From Paramoeba atlantica (lineage: Eukaryota > Protista > Discosea): 64,000 nucleotides of DNA. The notes beneath the pieces were generated by a model that saw only the letters and a list, made by a program, of their open reading frames with translations, had not been told where the DNA came from and did not search any database. The stretch is from the NCBI GenBank assembly GCA_977017575.1, contig CDRNVI010000004.1, forward strand, positions 496,001 through 560,000, in the 5' to 3' direction. The translations under genes and the position numbers were made by a program. Shown in pieces: positions 57,803 to 64,000 of this stretch; the stretch's first letter is position 1; each line of letters starts with the position of its first letter.

Positions 57803-58128
57803 TTTTATTTTGCATTCTATTTTTATTATATTTGGTGATTTTACGTAGTTTTACGTCGTGCGTCTGCCAATCAAGAAAAACAATGATGTTGCTATTTTTT
57901 TGATACTATACTTTTTTAGTTACAGGTACAGGTATAGTCCGAAAGCGGGAAGTTTCTATCCTATAAGTCTGGTGTCTGCATCTAAACTACAACTGTACTG
58001 TCCAACTTATCATGCCACCCCGGTATATTACGAACTAGTATAGTCACATACTATTTCTTATACTCCTTCCTCCATATATTTTTATAACTCGAAGAAGGAT
58101 GAATAGTAATATCTTTTTACTGCTACTA

Positions 58129-58423
58129 CCGTAGACCCCTCCAGTAACAAGGATTCGGCCCTTTTTCGGCTGACCTCCAGTAACAAGGATTTGACTCGGG
58201 GGGCGTTGGAGGGGTGAGGTGGTGTTTGGGCTGGTGGGGGTGGCTGGGCCGGGTGAGGGCGGTTGCGAGGGAGCGAATGGCGTGGTTGCGGGGTTCCATG
58301 GGCTGAAAATCAACGCACTCATGAACAAAAAAGGTCTTTTCTCACCCAAAAAGCATACCCCCCAGTAATTAGGATTTGTCCATTTTGGCCCAAAATCGAT
58401 TCTATTACTGGGGGGGTCTATGG
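58129..58423. mobile_element. pogo-type MITE (295 bp)
   Basis: TA|CCGTAGACCCCTCCAGTAA ... TTACTGGGGGGGTCTATGG|TA. Confidence 0.8.
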
Positions 58424-59850
58424 TACTTATACGGCTAGTATCTATCATGCCAATCGGGCCACTGACAGGCTGGCTACGTCTCAAAAATCAGCTCCTCGAG
58501 TTGGAGCCCTCGTCAACCCTTAACATACCTCCATCCCATCATTCGCCACAGAATCCCCTATCACATGAAAAAGAGCCTTTCTATGGAGGAGAAGCCGTCG
58601 ATAAGCAGATCGAGTGAGACCATGAAAACACTTTCGAAAAAGATCAACGTTTCAGGGCCATGTGTATATCAAATTCAACAAGAAGGACCTGAGGTACAGG
58701 GAAGACATTTTTCGGTGCAACATTAATCTGTGTTAAATTTCTGAAAAGTACGTACGTATACATGCATGTACCATGTGGGAAAAATAGGGATACAGAGCTT
58801 TAGCAGCGCGTTGGGTACAGTATACAGTGTACGATCCGAGGGCAGCGCCAGAGCGTTAGGATGCGACGGCTACTGCGACCGTTTCTCTGTCGATATCTGA
58901 TCATTTCCTCTCGTGGTGGGGCATTAGTTTCATAATGGGGAATGCAGTGTGCCCCTTCTGGCTTAGACATTGACGCCGCAAAGAATTTCCCAATCTCCGG
59001 TACAGGCACTAAGATTACCTACCTTAGGTAGGGTGTCTTAGTTTCCTCGGCAGATGGGTCTGTGCGATCCGAGCCTTCACCCGCGGCTGTCCATCGGATG
59101 CGTGTGTAACTTGCAGCGTGCTTCAATTTTCGCGACAATCATATTGGTGAGTATGTAGCTAGTACCTGTCGGTATGTGTGAGTTTCTGTAAATTTCTGTG
59201 AGTAGCTGTGGACTGCTGTGAGTATCTGTGAGAAGCTGTGGGTATTTTTTTTCCCTCGGAAGAGCCTGAAAGACGAGAAGAGGCCCTCAAAAGATCGGTG
59301 GTTAAGGAGGTATTATTACGATTAAGAAAAACTTCTAGAAAAACGTTTAGCAGAAGATAAACTCTATTCCTATACTAAATGACTTTAGAACACAAGGTCT
59401 ACAATACTGAGTATAAATCTGCTTTACCATTTTTATTTCTGTCAAAAAACCGAAAAACAAAAACCAAAAGTCACAAAGGAATAGCAAAAACTTTGAGTAC
59501 CTGTAGGTTTCTGTGAATCGCTGTGAGTCGCTGTGAGTATTTTTTTGCGACGAAAAATGGCGATTTAGAGACTCACCATTGTCCCCTTGTTCCTCTGCGA
59601 AATGTACCCGAATGCGTCCTCCCACTATCGTGCGAGACGTTTCGAAGAGGAGCTCTGTAGCTGGGGGGTTGGTACGCACTTGGGTTCAAGGGACGCTCTG
59701 TCCTATCGTGTGTTGATGGTTTCGCACTGTGGTGTAGAGGTGTGGGTTCCGTTGTGGACTCTGCACGGGGTACGGAAGTATAACTTAACATCTCTTCCTC
59801 TCGGGCGCTATTTAGCACGTGGCATTTGGCGTCGGAAAAGAACAACAAGT

Positions 59851-60327
59851 CTACCTCGCGATGTTTTGCAACGAGGATGATACCTCGAGAGGGATTTCTT
59901 CGTCCGCTGTAACACCACACAAAGTGTTGTGAATAATGGGAACTGAAGAAGTCGTGAGCTGATGATGGCGGTTGTTTAACCATGCAACGGCCCTCGAAAT
60001 TGTATCATCCTCGAGACGATCCATGATTTCTTGGAGAAGCCTGTCAGGGACAAATTGGGCACTGTTTCGTTCCTCCTGAGACATCTCAAGATACTCCAAA
60101 TCTCTCTCCACTCTTTTCAAACGAATGTGGAGCACCTTCTTTAAGGTGTGTTGCACCCAATCGGGTAATCGATCGAATTTTTCAGAGTCTGTATGTCCAT
60201 ATGAACACGCCTCTTTGTCACTATCTTTGGGAGGCAAATCGTTCATAAGGAATATGGTTGAAAAAGGTATCGTAATAAAACGCCATTCGAAAAAAGATCG
60301 AAGAGACGAAAAAATATGAAATGCCAA
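59851..60327 (-). other. Unknown ORF, possibly a transposon accessory gene
   Basis: Helical, charged 158-aa ORF between short-repeat clusters (CTGTGAG and CCAGTGCCAT types). Confidence 0.3.
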
Positions 60328-61403
60328 TATTCGTCTGTATAAATAAAAAAATATAGAAGAAAATTATGAGTTTGACAATGGACACTATGCAGTTGTCCAC
60401 TGCCATCCAGTGCCATGCGCTGCCATCCAGTGCCATCCAAAACAGAGATACATATGAGCGAGGACCGAAGACCTTTTTTTTGATTTGGAGGACCCAAGAA
60501 CTTCCCATTTCCGCCGGATGTTGTAGGACAAGTGATGGCCATGATATGAAAAAGCGGCTAATGTCGGATTCAATTGTACTCATTTTTCAAAAACATGTCT
60601 TTTCCTTTCTTTTAAATAAGATATTTTCTCGGTCTCTTCTTGTGCGTGCTTTGCCATGTACATGTGCGGACCTGAGTTGAATTTTAAAGTGAAAGCATGA
60701 TGGGGACACATCAAAAACTTTTGAAGATTTTTTGCTTTGTGACCGAAGAGAAATGTCCTCACGATCACGAGGGTGGGAAAGTTCGTGACTCTGTTTCTAG
60801 TATTTGTTGGAGGTGATGTAAGCACGTAAGTTTTAGAAAAAGATTGTCTCGATTACTTCCTTACTCAAGTCATTGCGGCAAAGATCATGGATCCATATCC
60901 TGCAAGAAAACGGATAGCGAAGTGTGGCGTTCCATGAATGAGGATCAACAACGCAAGTTTACGGTTCAAAAATCGAGCCGGCGTCAGTCAATTTAACTAT
61001 TAAACGAAGGAAGAATCTACAAAGACAATCAAAGAACAAAAACAAGCTACGTTGTATTTAATACAGTGTAAACGTTGTATTTATACAATACAAAAAACAC
61101 ATCTATATCTCATTAATATCAAAGAGTTTTATAGTTTTACACTATCTCGTTTTTACTTCCCTTGAGCTTAGTTTTTGCCTTGAAGCACATCACTTAGTCA
61201 TGTTTTTCGGGTACAACGTTACTCTTACATTGTAAATGATAGAGTAATGAGTGAGTATTGATTATAGTGCATGTTTAGTTTGGGCATTAATTCATCTCAG
61301 TTGTGCAAGTGGAGGCAGGTCATACTTCTGCATATTGTATTACAAGGCTAGGTTGTTTGCCTTAAGCACAAATGCATCGTATATGATGTTCTGGTGCAAG
61401 TTA

Positions 61404-61756
61404 AACGGGGGTACGACTTAATGTACAGGGGGGGTATAATAAAGTGTACCCTGTATATTAAGGGGGGGTATATTCGCTCACCGTTTATACCGGGTGTGGG
61501 GTATAATGTGTGGGGGTGGGGGGTATATTAGCTCCAATGTTTTTTTGCGGTAACCAAAGAGGTTAAAAGGGGTAATACATGATGGCACCGTGGAAAACAA
61601 GGGGGTGGGGGGTATAAACGCTCTATTGTTTTTGAGCGTTTATACCCCCCATTCCCTTGTTTTCCACGGTGCCGAGGGGGGGGGGGTATATTGGGTAGCG
61701 AATATACCCCCCCGGCATATAAAAGGGTACCCGGTACATTAAGTCGTACCCCCGTT
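61404..61756. mobile_element. MITE of the AACGGGGGT family with an internal ~40-bp-arm palindrome
   Basis: Perfect TIRs AACGGGGGTACGACTTAATGTAC; palindrome arms at 61584-61623 and 61634-61673. Confidence 0.88.
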
Positions 61757-62012
61757 TAAAATACATGATACAAGTTAAAAATAAGGTAGTAATCTAGCAT
61801 TCAACATAGGGACTAGGACTTTTGGTTTACTGCTCTTTTGTTTGATTTTCCGAAATTGACATTCGCAAAGCGTGATTCAGGCACATTCTGGTATGCTAAG
61901 TGAATGGGATTGGTACAGCGGTAGGCATGAACCTACTGCATGCTGGGATGCAAACAATACATTTATGAAAAAATGTAGGGTTATATCAGTTTAATATATT
62001 GCGGTGGTTGTA

Positions 62013-62560
62013 AACCCCTCCGCACCAATAAGGCACCCACCCTTAACTTTTCAGCCAATTCTCCGTTTGGGCTGATTTTTGTTGTATTTTGCAGATCTCA
62101 ACACATAGACTTTGCGGGTGAAGAAATGAGACAAAAAGAAACGAATGCGTATATTCTAGATAGTGATTACCATTTTGTCACTTTTTCTCCGTTACTCGCC
62201 ACTCAAGCTTTGAGGCGAGCATCGAAGCTCAAAACCCACTCATAAATATAATATTGAGACAATTTACGCCAAGCTTTACGTACGATTTTTATGAGATCTT
62301 CTTTATTTGCCGGATTGTATTCATCTACAAGACTTTGTACCATGCTCCACACGCTTTCTATTGGTGAGAGATCGGGGGAGTTGGGCGGCTAATTTTTCAA
62401 AAATTTCATTTTGTTGTCATCAAGGTACGCTTTTGTTTCCTTCGCAGTGTGAGGTGCTGCCCCATCTTGCTGAAAAATACAGTTTGGGGTGAATGGTACT
62501 TTTTTTAATGTTTTAATGTAGGAAACACATGTAATTGAGTTGGATGGAAGAGTACATAAA
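62013..62560 (-). mobile_element. Tc1-like remnant of the AACCCC family
   Basis: *PPNSPDLSPIESVWSM on the minus strand; the end is homologous to 31210-31370. Confidence 0.75.
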
Positions 62561-62569
62561 AATTAGTCA

Positions 62570-62733
62570 TCCAGTGCCATCCGCTGCCATCCAGTGCCAT
62601 CCAAATCTTCATAGTGTCCAATATCTAGGCATTGAGAAAAAGTAAAAGAGGAAAGTTATCAAAAAAAAATCGGCCCTCCCCTAACTCAGCCGCACCCGGA
62701 CGCACCCGGACGCACTCACCAGTTTCAACCCTC
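62570..62733. mobile_element. Solo Harbinger-family end
   Basis: GTTTCAACCCTC|TAA is the reverse complement of the 9952 terminus. Confidence 0.65.
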
Positions 62734-63534
62734 TAAGTGGGGCGGTGGTTTATTCACAACTCAGTGAATACCTCCACAAGGAGCACATCTACCGTGAGTG
62801 GTACTCACTGTAGGTACTCAGTACCTACATAAGGATGATAAAAATCGTGTTTGAGCGTTCTAAATTATGCAACGGTGTGCCATGAAGCACAATGAAAAAA
62901 GTGTTTTAGTATTGAAGTGGCGGTGTAGTAGTTTGGATAAGTACTCATTGAAATTTGTAGTTTTCCAAAAACAAAGTACTCATCGAAACTACCTCTGTAT
63001 ATGGTACTTTGGATGAGTACTTTTCCACAACACTACACCGTATATTACCTGTACATTACCTGTCTGGAGGCAAGTCCCAACTGTGAGCGTAGACCACGAC
63101 ATCGGTACCTAATTACCCATCAAGAGGAAGTTAAGGCGGTACATCAAACTGTCTTCGAGCTTTTCGAAACATTCCTTCTTTCTAGGTTGCTCTCCGCAGC
63201 GAAGTTATGGAGCATCGGCTCCGTAACTAGTAGCGAACCACGTAATAGTGGTTCGCTAGTCAGACAGCAAGGTTCTCCTACGCTGTTTGCAAAATTGACA
63301 TCGCTATCGTCAAACATGTAAAAGTCTTGCACCCTGAGCAGTCCATAAAAAGAACAGTAAAGGTATAAGACGTAAACAAAGCTAAACAGTTGGTGTAAAT
63401 GACTCAAAAGTATCAGCGAAATCCTTTTTCGTCTCATTTGTTTCGTCAAAAAAAGTAAACATTTTGAATTTTAGGGTAGTTCGATTGCTTAGTACCCTGA
63501 AATTTTTTCTCTCCTAGCTCTATAAAATATCACG

Positions 63535-64000
63535 ATGCCGGCACTCCTCCTATTTTCCCTTTTTTCGCGTCTTCACTTTTCCGATCCCTCTTCTCGTGTC
63601 TCATCTCGTTTAGGACGCGTTCGGGGAGCGAGGTGGCTCCCCCAGTATGACCTCAGCCGATTTGCTGAAGACGTTCTCCCTTGCCACCCCTCTTGGACCA
63701 CGGCAACCCATGCATGTCAGTGGGAAGGAGTATTCTGTGATCTGGACGAGAACGTAATCTATTTGAATTGGGAGAATGCAAAGCGCACAGGGTTTCTGCA
63801 TTGGTCTTACCTTCCCAACACTTTGGTAGAGTTGGATTTGAGTTTTAATAAATTTTCTGGGACTCTGGAAACGAAGGAACTTCCTCGGTCCCTGCAGTCC
63901 CTTCTTCTCGAACACAACCAGTTTACGGGAACGATTGATTTTGAAGGATTCCCCACTACGTTGGTGGAAATACAGTTGAATTCGAACAAGTTTGAAGGGG
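63535..64000 (+). CDS. LRR family protein 9, running off the window (absent from the ORF track)
   Basis: Manual translation MPALLLFSLF..GRVRGARWLPQYDL..HPSWTTATHACQWEGVFC followed by LRRs. Confidence 0.88.
   Translation, partial: MPALLLFSLFSRLHFSDPSSRVSSRLGRVRGARWLPQYDLSRFAEDVLPCHPSWTTATHACQWEGVFCDLDENVIYLNWENAKRTGFLHWSYLPNTLVELDLSFNKFSGTLETKELPRSLQSLLLEHNQFTGTIDFEGFPTTLVEIQLNSNKFEG

Noticed and set aside
59175-59195. Further SL-like copy (AGTTTCTGTA)
   Set aside because: Only 10 nt match, inside a CTGTG repeat cluster, with no downstream homology.
197-62400. Stop-codon reassignment (in-frame TGA/TAG at Trp-like positions in several elements)
   Set aside because: Intact genes use TGG for Trp and end at TGA/TAA in plausible places. 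The internal stops occur only in decayed elements and are single transitions.
9952-62733. A 53-kb macro-transposon bounded by matching Harbinger TIRs and TAA
   Set aside because: TAA is the generic target, several unpaired ends exist, and the joined flanks do not rebuild the interrupted sequence.

Overview
Intron-less eukaryotic DNA, most likely a non-trypanosomatid kinetoplastid (inference from a kinetoplastid-type PRMT7, spliced-leader-like ACAGTTTCTGTAC cores, CRE/SLACS-clade and VIPER/TATE-type retroelements). All host genes are on the + strand, as in a kinetoplastid directional cluster: PRMT7, one large hypothetical protein and nine paralogous LRR genes. They lie among dense, often nested transposons (YR retrotransposons, a CRE-clade LINE, Merlin, PIF/Harbinger, Tc1, pogo, many TA-flanked MITEs). 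Top candidates for novelty: (1) a mobile ~560-bp non-coding repeat headed by a spliced-leader-like exon plus GT donor, in 3 copies, one splitting an RT gene, with a fourth SL-like copy at the 5' end of the CRE-clade LINE; (2) an intact pogo-type transposon whose transposase is fused to a Ulp1/C48 protease; (3) a 2A-like StopGo motif in the CRE ORF; (4) a C-to-G skew switch inside host genes. Boundaries were read by eye; family calls rest on recalled motifs and no database search was run.
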